From positions 4,946,509-5,010,508 of the forward strand of contig CM082586.2 of assembly GCA_040954595.2 (NCBI GenBank): DNA of 64,000 bases. The letters are read 5' to 3'. This stretch comes from Balanoglossus misakiensis. Taxonomy: Eukaryota > Animalia > Hemichordata. How positions within the stretch are numbered: position 1 is the stretch's first letter; each line of letters begins with the position of its first letter. The translations under genes were made by a program, and so were the position numbers. Of the stretch, positions 13,501 through 26,600 are shown piece by piece. Under the pieces are notes generated by a model, which saw only the letters and a list, made by a program, of their open reading frames with translations, did no database searches and was not told the origin of the DNA.

Positions 13501-14233
13501 TTGCGAACATTCTCCATTCACATAAAAAATGAAAGAACGGTGCCATCATTTGAATAATACCTTTGCTGTCTTTGTTCACATGCTTTTCCTCTTTCTGCAG
13601 CAACTGGTCGTGCTCTTTGTCGAATTCCAGCTGCAGCATCTGGGCTAGCAGAAGATCGTTGGTCGTGGCCGGATTGTCGTGCTGCAACAGGGCCACGTCA
13701 AATTCAACACCACCTTCCTCTCTGCAAAATGAAGACAGAATTAGAAGAATATTGACAGTGTGTCACTGCTACTAGTTTCACACTGTTCTCATATTTGTAT
13801 TTGTGTATGATAGTTTTCCTTTTTGTATTGAAGTCACTGACAACACTGTTTCATTTTAGCCATAACCATAAAAACAAAAGCAAATTTACAGTGTATATAT
13901 TATAACACATGTACAAATTTGCTTTTCTTTTTGTGTTTTGGAAGGAAAATGCTCTTTCTGTAAACAATGAGTGAATGACAGGGTTTGTTCTGAAATCTGC
14001 CTGTGGCTTCCTAGCTGTATATATACAGACCTTGCTGCGCCTATTGCTGAAACCATCATGTTATCTTCTTTCTCTTGCAATTCTTTTGCAAGTTCCTCGC
14101 TCATCACATCAGCAAGTGAACTCGGTTGTGGTGTCACCTGGACCCCCCTCTTCCACGGACTTGTCTTATTCCACGGATTTGCACCTGGCACAGGTGTGTT
14201 ATTCGTCACAGCAGTTTCGCCTTGTGGTTCCAT
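10576..14233 (-). CDS. RIOK3: Serine/threonine kinase RIO3, 11 coding exons, ~543 aa
   Basis: Exons 14031-14233, 13561-13721, 13223-13324, 12911-13023, 12470-12616, 12241-12368, 11925-12107, 11580-11739, 11273-11443, 10855-10962 and 10576-10731 join in frame via GT-AG. RIOK3 N-terminal motifs [30 protein letters not shown] and ITTKHD. RIO kinase motifs [44 protein letters not shown] and FIDVSQSVE. Confidence 0.95.
13375..13464. repeat. Intronic inverted repeat / hairpin (~32-bp arms, ~26-nt loop)
   Basis: TAGCTGCGATGATCATAGCGGGTGCTGCTAGG ... CCTAGCAGCACCTGCTACAATCATTGCAGCTA, with 4 non-Watson-Crick positions. Confidence 0.75.
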
Positions 14234-14339
14234 TTTAACAGTCAATAAATTATTATAAAACTCTATACACAAAGAAATCTTGGGATAAAAGATATGTACA
14301 AAAATATGTGTAAATTCAGGGAAAATATACAAATAGGGT

Positions 14340-14691
14340 ATCTCTCGCTTTGGCACCCTGTATATTCCGGCAGCTTCGTTCCAAGCGCTTGGATTGGTGT
14401 CTCGGTGAAGACGGTATTACTGACGTAAAGTAGCACCAGTTATTTGAAAGAAGGTGACGCACTTTGATGAAAATAAATGCGATTTCGGGAGGTTGTGAAA
14501 TGTCCACCCCTTTCGTCGTACGCGCGGTTGCGCAAGATGGAGACAACCTGGCTTGGAGGAAATAAATCACAAACAACCTTTTACATCAGGGATTTGTTTG
14601 TTTGGAATTTGTTTACTATTATTAAGAAAAATAGCGTGTGTTCCGCGTATGTGTGGGACTTTTTCAACATCAGCCTAGTACGTTTAACAGA
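14340..14691. promoter_or_regulatory. Bidirectional promoter region for RIOK3 and SNRNP40
   Basis: Start codons only ~460 bp apart, head to head; CpG-richer; CRE-like TGACGTAA (14421) and YY1-like CAAGATGG (~14532). Confidence 0.6.
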
Positions 14692-17132
14692 ATGCCGACC
14701 ATGGAAGGAAAGCGGAAGGCCGAGGAGAGCGCACTGGTTCCCGTGAAGAAACCAAAGACTGATCTGGTCGCCGTTGCCGCTCAACAAAGCAAAGCGGTCG
14801 TTGAATCCGTGAGTGGTCGTATCTCTCTGGCTTGCCATGTCTGTGTTCACAACAATCAACATCGTCATTCAATGGCTATTGCATTCCACCAGTCAATCAT
14901 GAACAAATCATGTACTTCCAAGTGAAGTCTCCTTCAATACGCCTTATATGCAAACTATTATAGAAGGTCCTGAACTCACAACCATCTAGTATTCCAGGGT
15001 TTGTCAATGTATCGTCTTACCTTTGTTTATTGCAGGGAGTGCCCAGGACTTCAAGTCTACTTTCACCAATAATGCTGCTTTCAGGGCACGAAGGTGATAT
15101 TTTCAGCAATAAATTCTCACCAGATGGAACAATGCTAGTGTCAGGTGGATTTGACCGACAGATTTGTGAGTATATAAATTCTGCATTCACAGTTACACTA
15201 TGATGAGTAATCTGGAAATTTACTGATGAAATTGACATTTTTGTTGGGTATTTATCAAGAATACGCGATTGATCAGAATGTTAAAGGAAAAACTTTTTTA
15301 TTTTGCCATTTCAGTTTTGTGGAATGTGTATGGAGAGTGTGAAAATTATGCTGTTCTGAAAGGACATACAGGAGCTGTTATGGATATGCACTATTCGACA
15401 GATGGAAGGTAATAATAAGTTTTACAGCCCTAGTACATATTTTGAAAATACCACAGTTTAAAATTCACGTGATGTAAAGAATATTGGTAACCCGCTTGAA
15501 GACTTTGTCTTATAACCACTGGTTTCTTCATTTCAGTTGCATTCCAGTCAAAATTTAAAAAGAATATTTTTCCTGGTGCCTACTTAAAAGTAAATGTTAC
15601 ATATATACATTGTATATGGCTAATGCAATCAGTGAGACATGAGTGATGTTTTATTTTTTCTTAATGTCCTTTTATTGCAGTACACTCTTCACAGCCTCCA
15701 CAGACAAGACACTTGCACTGTGGGATTTACACACAGGAAACAGAATCAAGAAGTTGAAAGGTCACTCGTCGTTTGTCAATTCCTGCCATCCATCCAGGAG
15801 GGGTCCTCAGTTGGTTGTCAGTGGCAGTGATGATGGCACCGTTAAGGTGAGTACCCTATGTGTGCTGATCACTGCGTCAGAGCATGCTCAGATGACTAGT
15901 GTCATTGAAGGGGTGTACACACATGGAGAGATACAGGTGTACTGTTAGACTTGGTTCAGAAGACAACGTAACACTGAATGCACTCACTGTTGTTTTTAAA
16001 ATTAATTTTTCAGCTTTGGGACATCAGGAAAAAAGGGGCGGTAGAAACATTCCAGAATACCTATCAAGTTACTGCAGTGTCGTTTAACGATACCAGCGAC
16101 CAGCTTATATCGGGTGGCATTGACAATGACCTCAAGGTATGTAGGTGTTCTTGTAGTGATAAGACGATCATCAAATCATTTTATCCTTGCCGGCACTCTT
16201 GTTGTGATCTCGTCACAAACTGGGTGTGAAGAATTCTAGCCATTCAAATCCAACTTTACCATTCAGGTCCAACTTTACCATAGAGAATTTTTGTGTGACA
16301 GGTATGGGATCTCAGAAAGAACGACATAGTGTACAAGATGAGAGGACACACAGACACCATCACTGGCGTCCGACTCAGTGGGGATGGTTCATACATCGCC
16401 ACCAATGCAATGGACAGTACAGGTGGGTGAGATGTCAAGATCAACACATGAAAGTTGCTGTCAAATGGAAATAGAAAATCAACACAACTAGCAAGATGTT
16501 AGTTCATTTAGGTGTTCTGAAAATTTCTCCGTAAACCATAAATACCATTCTTGTTTCAGTGAGGATCTGGGATGTTCGGCCGTTCGCCCCGCAAGAGAGA
16601 TGCGTGAAACTATTCCAAGGTGCACAACACAACTTTGAAAAGGTAACGGTGAATTTCAAACTCCTCCAACCCCCACTGCCTCCTCTTTTATGTAACAACA
16701 TTCCCCTGATTATTTTCTCTCAACTGAAACTTTTTCAGAATTTACTGAGGTGTGCGTGGTCACCTGATGGTAGCAAGATAGCAGCCGGATCAGCCGATAG
16801 GTTTCTGTACATCTGGGACACAACTAGTCGACGGATACTCTACAGACTGCCTGGCCATTCAGGGTCTGTCAATGATGTGGATTTCCATCCTACTGAACCA
16901 ATCAGTAAGTTCCTTTAACCCGTTTGCCCCATAAGATCTCCACAGAAATACATGTGTAGCATTATTCTAGAAATATACTTGGTACATCAGTATACTGTTT
17001 ACATCATCTAAGTACAAAGCAGGGTTTTTATACCTCATTTGACCCAAACTGACCACTGTATTTCCTTCTTTTTTTTCAGTTGCATCTTGTTCTAGTGATA
17101 AAAAGATCTATCTTGGTGAGATTCAGCCATAA
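14692..17132 (+). CDS. SNRNP40: U5 snRNP 40 kDa WD40 protein, 9 exons, ~350 aa
   Basis: Exons 14692-14808, 15036-15165, 15315-15408, 15681-15846, 16014-16136, 16302-16422, 16560-16642, 16739-16904 and 17080-17132 are in frame. Motifs PRTSSLLSPIMLLSGHEG, RRGPQLVVSGSDDG, IWDVRPFAPQERCVK, HNFEKNLLRCAWS, ILYRLPGHSGSVN and SSDKKIYLGEI. Confidence 0.95.
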
Positions 17133-17641
17133 CTCCCGACATATCCTACTGCAGTACTGAACACTGCCACCAACGTTTCCAGGAAATACCAGCTTTGTTT
17201 TCATTATTTTGCTTTCGTTGGAAAAGCTGATCCAAATTTTACTTTTTAGGATGACAAAGGCTTTGTATTTTGTGCAGTTCTTAATTTGCTTTCCATAATA
17301 ACTATTGTAAAGTGTTTTTTCTAGTTTCAAGACCAAAATGTGTACTCCATGTCCTTCCTAATAACAAAGTTATTTTAATAAAAACAGAGAAAAAGAGAAC
17401 CTTGTCCTTATACGTTTTTCCAAAAAGACATCAATGTAGTAACATTCAAAAACTGTGTGAAGTAAACAACATTTCTGATTAAATTCTGTGTTCTGATTGT
17501 GATGAAGTCAAAGTCTAAAAAGTTAATTCTGCCAACAAATAATGGCATACTTCTAAAATCTTAAGATGGCAATCCTACTGACAAGAACTTTCCAGGAACA
17601 GCACAAACCCTATATACATTCCCAACAGAATGGGACGAGAG

Positions 17642-20600
17642 CTATTTTTTTCTTGATTGCTTGTTGAGTCTCGATTTGCTCAGCCTTTCAGTCTTGAGGA
17701 GGTTCTGTATGCGGCTGATGTCACCACTGATCTCGGAGCTCATGTCTTCATCGTCATCATCAGAAAACAAAGCCCTGCTTGGACTTGTAGTACTATCAAG
17801 CAAACTATGTCGTCTTCTTTTAGGCTGAAAATAACACAGAAAATGTTAAGATGAGAAAATTTAATCTTTGGTACAGTCAAGGCACAGGAGCCACTAAATA
17901 ATCCATAAGACGCTTAAAGTTAAGTGTACTTGAAGAAGTTTAAATTTCCTTACCTTGAGAAGTGGTTCAGAGTTAGATTCATCATCCAAGTGTTCTCTTG
18001 ACGTCGATCCATCATCATCCTGTGCAGATGATGGTGGCTGAGAAGAACTCCCAAAGTCGCTGCTCCAAGACGCTGCGTGTTTGGAACTTTTGATAGACGG
18101 CATCTTTACAAAGTGGTACTTGAATCTGGCTGGCTCGGTGGTGGGTTTACTGGTCGCGCCCAATGACAACTGCCTTTTGGCGGTGCTCTGTGGCTTAGTG
18201 CTCTGACTTTTTGTCATGGTTACCGAAGCGTGGTCGGCTACTGCAGTGGAGTGACTTGATTTGCTAGTGACTGTACTACGTGCACTAGCTGCTGTATTGC
18301 AAGTCTGAGTAACACTTTGTGTATCTGCTGTGGCAGTTTTTGCAGAGCCACTGGATATGGCTGTACTGGAGCTTCGGCCTGTCGCAGTGTTCTGACTTCT
18401 TCCAGTGTTTTCGCAAGGTATTGTGTCTGATACCACTGAAGAGTTCTTCAGAGAAGCAATGGATGACTTCTGTGATCTCGGAGACTTGCAAAGAGAATGT
18501 ACCGATTCTGTCACAGTGTTACTGCCTCCCATGGGTGTACTGGCTGCAGAAACACTCAGGTTGCTCAATGCTGGAATGATGCGGGATGGGCTCTGTTCTT
18601 CTGCGGTTGCACTGACAACTTTTGGCGACTGTCCCTTCACTGGAACAGTGCTTGTATTTGCGAAAAGAGCCTTCTTCGCATTTACACGCACTTGCTTATA
18701 TGTGGAAGACGTGAGTAGCCCATCAGTTTTCTTAGCACTATTCGTTGCTGCTTTTTGATTGACATCAGAAGAAGCCTCACATCCACTTGCTTCTTTCCGA
18801 GATCCCGTCTCCTGCCTTTTGATTTTCTCTGCAGACTTAAGGATGCCAGTGGGCACAACACTTGGCCCCGGGGGAGATTTCGTCTCGGACTCAGACGAGA
18901 ATATTACTGGCTTTCTGCTGAACGATACCCTTCTCTTTGATTTCTCGTCATTTGGCGATCTGTTTTGCGAACCATCAGTAGCATGTGGTGTTCCTGCAGG
19001 GGACATTCTCTGCTCTGAACCATCCACTGCGATCATCTCCTGACTTCCAGTCTCATCACGTCCCTTCCTCCCACTTTTAGCAGACACTGCACCGTTGGTC
19101 AAGTCTTCCTCGCCACCCTGACACACACTACTACACACTCGCTCTGTGCGTTTACGTTTTCCCGTTGCTGAATTTTCACAATCGGTGTCTGCGATCTCGC
19201 CACCGTCATCCTCCTCCCGTCTTTTCTTCGCAGCCGGCTCACCATCACTCTCACCTCTGCCACCGTCAACAACGCTGGTCTCTCCACTCTTGCAGACACC
19301 GTCATTGGCATCATTCTCAGCTGTACCTGTGCTTGTCTCAGCCAAGGTGACTTTGCTACCAGTACCACCTGTCTCTGTGCTCGGTTTATCATTCTGTGTC
19401 TTTCTCTCACAAACCTCCTTTGTACATGATGGTATGGTATGACTGGATGTTGGTTCATTCTCCGTCGTCTTTATGGGTTCCACCACTGTGTAAGAAAAAC
19501 ATAATTGTGATATGACAGTCAACTTTCTCTTCTGAGAGGAAATAGTGTTTCAAATTCAAATGGAATTCTTGGACTGTTTCTCACAAGATTTCATCTCACC
19601 ATTTTGCTCTTGTGGCGATGTTGGAGGGCTGAAAAACTCTTCCTCGGTCACCATGGAGACATCAGTTTCACATCCATCTATCAGTTTTTTCTCTGCAGAT
19701 TTCCACTGGTGGAGTTCCTGCTGCAGCGACGCGACCTGTCTCATGCTGGCGTCCAGTTGTTCTTGCAGAGTCAGCAGTTTTTTCTCGTTCTCCAGTTTCA
19801 CTTCATGTTGTTCGTCTTCTTTCCTGTCAAGGTTTTCCTTGCAACAGCAGTAACATAGCTCCATTATTTGCCATGTCATAGCTGTATTCATTCATTCATT
19901 CATTCATTCATTCATTCATTCATTCATTCATTCATTCATTCATTCATTCATTCATTCATTCATTCGTGTGTGTGTGTATGTGACAATGGTTTGGTGATAT
20001 AGACAAAATACAGGGTTGACAATCACAATAACCTTTTCAGTATCTCCTAATACGAGTTCATTGACATTCAAAGCTGAACAACCATGACTGGAAATACCTT
20101 GTTAAATTAACTAGGCTTTCATTCTTAACAAAACCGCTAATATACATTGCTTACTTTGACCATTTTGATCTCATCACTGAGGCTAGTATTCTTCTTTGCC
20201 CAGTCAGTGTTGAGTGCTTCAACATCTGCATGGGATTTGCTCAATGCTTCGTAGTCATCTTGCAACACTTGTAATCTCTTCTTCAGAGATTTCTCCTGAG
20301 ACAGAAAAGAAGTTAACACAAAAATAATGAATTTCAGTAGATCACTACCTAATAGTGACGTTACTTCAACTGAATGCAGCACTGAAACACTGCAAAGCAC
20401 CCCCCCCCCCAAGAAAAAGAATATAACTTGCCTCCTGTTGCCAGGCGTCCACCATCCTCTGATGCAGAACAACATGTATGCTCAACTCCTTGTCCTTTTC
20501 ATCATAGGCTGTCTTGATTGTCTGGGAGGTTTCCCTGAGGGTGGATAGCTGGCTCTGCATGTCACACACCAGTTCCGCATTGTTTCTGCTGCTGTCGGCG

Positions 20601-22888
20601 TGGCGACTGACCAGCTGATGGGCCTCCTCCAGAGAGTGCAGGGTTTTCTGACACCGAAATGAAGTCATAGAATTGTGGTTTAATAGTGTTCCAATAAAAT
20701 TAATTCTCTGATAGTGAGAGCGTTTCAATCAGAGAGATAGCGGTACTTAAGAAGTCTGGCATTCTTGTTGAAGTTTCCTTGACAACTATTTGTATGGATT
20801 TGAATCTCCTCACCTTATTTTCAGACCTGGACATTTCTAGTTGTGTCTTCAACTGTTGGACCTGTGTGCTTTTCTGAGAGAGATCAAAGGTACATTTTAT
20901 CAGTGCATTAACCCTTTAACAACCATGGTTTGGTCCAAATCCATAGTTTTCTATGGTAGAGTTGAACCTCTACAGAGGGAAATGCCGCATTTTTTTCTAA
21001 TACGAGCTGGAAACTAAAACAAACTACCTGGTTGAGCTGCTGTTGGAGACTTTCAACTTGATTTTCACTTTGCCGCAGTTTCCTGGTCATATCGTCTGGC
21101 TTTCTGTTCAGTTCTATTCTCAGCAGTTTCAGCTGTTTGACATTCCAGTCTAGATCCTTCCTGCACTTGTCCAGTTCACACTGCTTGTGTTGATTGATGT
21201 AGGCCAACTTCTTGTTCAGCTTGCATGATGCTTGTACTACGCAGAGTATGAAAAGGAGTATGAAAAGGGGTTTTATGTGGAATGTATGTTCTTGTTTTAC
21301 AATTTGATGATCGTAAGTCCATATCAACGGAGAATATCCATGATTCTCAGATATTGCACTGCACACTGCCGTCAATGATAAGCAATTATTTCAGGACTGT
21401 CCTGAGTGTAGTACTGTATGTTACTTTTGTCAACACTCACCATTTTCTTCCAGTCTTTCCATACATTCCGTGACCTCTGTGACCTCTTTGGACATCTCTT
21501 TGATCTTCTGTTCCAAATCTACCACCTGGATGACATGGGTGTCTTTGGCACTGCTCTGCACTTTGATAACATGCTCCTGTTCTTTGATTTTCTTTTCCAG
21601 GGAATACTTGGAAAGCTGTTTATCAGCACAAAAATTGAAAATACAGAAGTATTAACACTCTGTTAATCTAACCTATGGTGAATAGCAATCAGTTGTGGCA
21701 ATATAATATTTTTCTCATACATCACAGTTTTTATACAGGACAGGTTGTTTTGCAATCAAGGAAACAAAGTAATTCTCACCATTAATGCTCTGATTTCATT
21801 TTTCAGGTCTGCAATTTCTTTCTCATGCCTCTCGGTGCCTAAAGTTAGTTTGTGCTGATACCAAAGGATAAAAAATGTTATTTCACCATCTATCGCAGTT
21901 TCAATAACAGAATTTGATAAGACTACACACAAATATAATGGGTTGGTTGAGTAATGTCAGTGTTAGATACCTTGTCATCTTCAAGTTGACGTATCTTATC
22001 TTCAGACTGTTTCTTGGCATCAGCTATTTCATTATCGTGTTGATCTGAGAGCTGTTTGTTCTTTGCAATCTCTGTTTCCTGTGTTTGACAAAGTAGATCA
22101 TATGTATGCAATGAGTACAGTTGTATAATACATAACCTAGTACATGTACTATATATGAAATACCAGAGAGTGGTTTCATTGACAAGAATTCAATTATTAT
22201 AATGGGATACAATTATTTCATATTTCCTTACATTTTTCCTTTCCAGTTCATGTTTTTCAGTTACCAGTTGTCTGATTCTCTCTTCATTTTCAGAATCCAT
22301 ACTCTGCAATAGGATAAACATTTTCATCAATGTAATGAATATAATTTGACTTGGAAACTGCAGATTATCGTTTCTTTAAACAGCAACAAAACAGCTCAGA
22401 ATCATAAAAACAAGCACTCTATGATGTGACAAAATATCTGAAAGTTTCCAATTATGCAATGCTTAAGTGTCAAATGTCACACTGATGTAAACTTCATACT
22501 ATACCCGTCTGATTCTCAGCTCTTCAATAACCTCATACAGATTATCACGAAATCTCAAATAGTCAATATGACTGAAACTGCTTTTCTCCTTTCTGATATT
22601 TTTCTCCTCTGATTCATCATTTTCCTTTTCTGGATTGGAATCAGTAGCACCGTCTTTTGAATTGTTGATGACTGAATCTGTGCCTTCTCCTGTTGACTTC
22701 TCATCAACATTTTCAGAAGTGAACGTGCTTTCAGTAACATTTTCTGTAAGTTCATCGTGGAGAGACGTTTGTGAAATGTCTTGTATCTGATCTTTAGAAC
22801 CATCATCTTCTTGGGGAGAACTTGGATTTGAGGTTCCTTCCTCTTCATCTACAGCTGGTGAAGATGTGGTTTCGTCTTTTTCCATCAT
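17642..22888 (-). CDS. CCDC73: Coiled-coil domain-containing protein 73-like, multi-exon, with a long Ser/Thr-rich C-terminal exon (~17953-19485)
   Basis: ATG at 22888 (in-frame TGA upstream). The spliced N-terminal coiled coil FRDNLYEVIEELRIRR...EERIRQLVTEKHELE...IRQLEDDK...HEKEIADLKNEIRALMLSKYSLEKK...LNKKLAYIN parallels the CCDC73 domain (LEELRMRRE...[24 protein letters not shown]). Last exon 17642-17824 ends ...SRKK*. A noncoding 5' exon has its donor near 23110. Confidence 0.8.
19886..19965. repeat. (ATTC)n tetranucleotide microsatellite followed by short (GT)n
   Basis: About 20 perfect CATT/ATTC units in a CCDC73 intron. Confidence 0.95.
20908..20982. mobile_element. MITE-like family copy in a CCDC73 intron
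   Basis: TTAACCCTTTAACAACCATGGTTTGGTCCAAATCCATAGTTTTCTATGGTAGAGTTGAACC...AGGGAA. Confidence 0.6.
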
Positions 22889-23229
22889 AAGTTCTAGCAA
22901 AAAAAGTTCTCCTCAGACTTCCCAAACGATGTTTGCCTCACAGAGAAAAACAATCTGCTTAGTCTCCAACGGTCGGGAATTTCACTGTCCAGATGGAACT
23001 TTCACCTGCTACACATGTGATGAAGAAATAGAAAATTCGTATCTGTAAAGACGTAAACTATAGCACATTTTCAGCTGGGAAATCGGGCAAATATAAAGGA
23101 GACTACTTACCCTTTCACTCTTCTGTACAATCGTTTTGTCCAATGTCAGTTTATTATTTGTTACCACTTCTTATAACAGTGGCATAATGTTCATTTTAAA
23201 CTTTATCCGTCAAAGCAAACATGTTGCAG

Positions 23230-23663
23230 ACGACATCACAGCGGCCATGTTGATTATTACCCATGAGGCAGTGCAAGACGGGAAGGGCCCCTAGCTAGCC
23301 CCGCCCCCTCCCCCACCCCCACCCCACCCCACCCCCATAAAACAACGGAGGAGGGGGCTCGAGGAGGAGATATCATTTCGCCCTAACTGTTCACCGTTGG
23401 GCATGGTGGCTGTTCATGGTGGCCTAACTGAATACAGAAGCGTGACACACGCGCGCAGTTGGAAAACGCTATCACTTACTGGAGTAATGTAATACAAAAC
23501 GCTCAAACGGAAGTGCCGCGCAGCATCTGTTGGTGTTGATATTTTGCTACTGAACACATGTTCATTGGGTGGGCTGCGTCAGCTCGGTTGCTATAGAAAC
23601 GAAACATCGTTTACGTTGCATCTGTTGCTCGAGATTATTATGTGAAGGTGGGATCAACTAGAA
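23230..23663. promoter_or_regulatory. Bidirectional promoter region for CCDC73 and TMEM241
   Basis: Head-to-head genes. YY1-like GCGGCCATGTTG (23241), GC-box GCCCCGCCCCC (~23298), ETS CGGAAGTG (23508), RFX X-box-like GTTGCTATAGAAAC (23587-23600). Confidence 0.6.
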
Positions 23664-26600
23664 ATGGCAGAGTGGTTGCTGATGTGTACTTTCATAGGTC
23701 TCTTCATCGCTACCAATTTCATCAATAAGGTAAACTTACTGTAAAATACTCAGGGGCGAATGACCCTTTTTGCTAGCTTGTGTCGGGTTACTGACCTTTT
23801 ATAGACAACATTGTTTGATATTTTTCTCGGGGTTGTGAAGACATGAATGTATTAGACACGTGTAGGTATTTAGGAGACGACCAGCGCCAGTTGTTTCTTC
23901 ACGATCGCAATATCCTCTCAATCGATTCTTGATGGAGGATTTCAAAGATGTCGATTTCATATTTTTGTGTACATCAGGGGCCTGTGGTTTTTAAGATTAT
24001 TCTGTATGTTTCATTCACAGTATGTGTTGTCAGTTCTTCAGTTCACTTTTCCGACAATATTTCAAGGCTGGCAGACGTTGGTTGGATATCTGCTGCTAAC
24101 TCTGTTGGGAAAATGGCAGTATGTGGACAGGGGCACGATATCCAAGTGAGTATTAATTAACCCATATATACATGTCTCTTGATGCTCTCCACCTCTTTTA
24201 GTTTTGCCACATCACATAGCAACACATCACAGTACATGTACATTGCAGCACACTGCAGCATATCATATCCCGTAATCCCATCACATCAATAGACTTACAA
24301 TTATTGATGTAAACATTAATCTAGAGCCTAGAGGTATTTAAAAAAAAACTGAGGTGTAAGGTCAAATGTCATCTCTATGATTCCCCATTTATCCTTGCAG
24401 ATCCAGTTTAAAAGAATGGCTTCCAGCCGGTGTTCTGTATGTTGGGGTCATATATTCGGGATCAAAAGCTTTGTCGAAACTGGTGAGTGTCACTATCAAA
24501 TATTCTCTTCCAATCTACAGCAATCCTGCAGTTTTACCTTTTTGGTCTCAATTGACCATGTTTTCTTTTTCTTCCTTTCTTTCTTGCCAGCCGATACCGG
24601 TATTTATAATTTTCCAAAATACAGTTCACAACACCGTTGCCTTCCTGGAATGGGCTTACCTCGGGAAGATACCGTCCTTTGATATTCAGTTCAGGTATGA
24701 TCGCCTTTAAAAACAAGGTGTTTTCCTCCTATGAATTGTGTAATTGTGTATCAACCTAGTTTCCTTTTCTACTCATCATGGCATGTTGATGCACGTTGCT
24801 GACAGAATCAAACCTTACAACGATTTTATTTGTAATCTTAAATTCATTTTCAGTTTGCTTTGGATGCTGGTGTCAGCGTTACTAGTACTACAGACAGATC
24901 CGCAGGTAAGTTCAACTTTCATTGACAGACAAACCATTATGGTTGGTGATTTTTATATGAGTCGCATGTTGGGGTATGGTCCAGGCTGTTGTCGTAGTCA
25001 TATTTCGTTATAAGGTCTCTCACGAATTTGTGACTATGTCGGGTGGAATGGTCAATAGTTTTCCCTTTCAATTAGTCACTAAAGGTGCAAAGTTTTCGGT
25101 CATGCATTAAAGGGACAGACTGGCTCAAATTAATGCAAATTAGCTGATGCATATTAATAACATGCAGATTTTGTACATTTGTAGTCTAGCAACCATTGGC
25201 AAGCACTGTGTCACTTGAGTTAGCTGAAATTTATAATTACTTGGATGGAGGTGTTTTCTCTGTTTAGTTTGGGTTGGCTGTAAGTTGAAATAGCTGCATG
25301 TTAATGGTGTCTGTTTCAGTTTGATCTAATTTGCTTCTCATGAATATTCTAATGAGCTTAGTATCAATTTATCAATTCTTACAATGCCAGTCTTGTCACT
25401 CCAATCAGGTGAGAATACTCGACCTTTAATTCATATGAAGTGATCTCGCTAAGAGATGATACCTCTGATTGGTTGATATTGTTCAAGATATCAAAAAGTG
25501 GCTGTTGTGGACCAATCATAGTCAGTAATGGAAGTTCATTATGTGCATACAGTCAGCTTTGCTATTAAAAACCTGAACTAGAATTTATTTATCGGAAAAA
25601 ACATACATTATTGATAGACATTACTGTGGGTTTTTTTTTCACCTTTCAGTTTATTTTAGATGGTTACATTTGGATGGCAGTTCACATTATCTGTTCATCA
25701 CTTTACAATTTATACACAACTCACATAGGCAAGAATGTTAAACTCAGGTGAGTGTGATGAATGTGTATCTCAGTCCTTTTTACTGTACTGATGGGCAAGC
25801 CTGCAAAATGTCTTGTCTTTTTAAGTCCTATATAGTATGGTTGTATGTTTTTAAAATCATCTCGGATAAAACCTCCTTTTTACATTTCAATTGTAAGTTA
25901 TTCATGGCTATACATGCATTTCTATTTATTTGTATTTCTTGTATCTATTTCCATTCGCAGCGAGGTCAACAAATTATACTGTAATTATTTCATAGCTGTG
26001 GTGGTGCTTATTCCCCTTGTCGTAATATTAGGTAAGTTGTCGCAACATTGTTTAGTTTTGTTTAAAAAAGTGGAATTTTGTACATTCCTGTCTGTTTTAG
26101 ATATTCGATGGAGTAGGACTAGGAGCTAAACCACCTCGCATGATGTGACTGTGAATGAAATTTCCATGTGAAAAACCTGTCATTGGATTTTCCAAGTCAT
26201 CCACAGATTATGTTTCCTTGAAAATCATTGATGATATCATTGATGGTCTCTTTCAGGTGATGCATTTTATGCCAGAAACTTCCCATTCTGGTTTTATTAT
26301 CGGTTCCACACGGGATGTTTCTTAAGGTATGTTCCAAGATCAATTAGTCCACAACAAGTGTGTCAAGTTTAGACTTTCAGATACAGACACACATGACATG
26401 TATTTCAACCAATCAGAGAGTCCCATGCATATATGTATTTCAACCAATCAGAGAGTCCCATGCATTACTGTGGAAATTGTTACCTACTTTGTATTTTTTA
26501 TCTTTCAGTGGGATCCTCGGCACATTTCTGAATCTTTCAACAATCAAACTGACTGATAAACTGTCGTCCAGTTATTATAATTGGATGACTCTGCTCGCGA

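Noticed and set aside
13205-13696. 163-aa ORF reading through a RIOK3 intron
   Set aside because: It goes out of frame with the downstream exon; canonical splicing 13561 to 13324 gives the conserved VSISFANYR.
19556-19600. Apparent stop ending the CCDC73 coiled-coil ORF, suggesting two separate genes
   Set aside because: Donor G|GTGAGA at 19600 joins in phase 1 to the acceptor at 19485, giving one gene.
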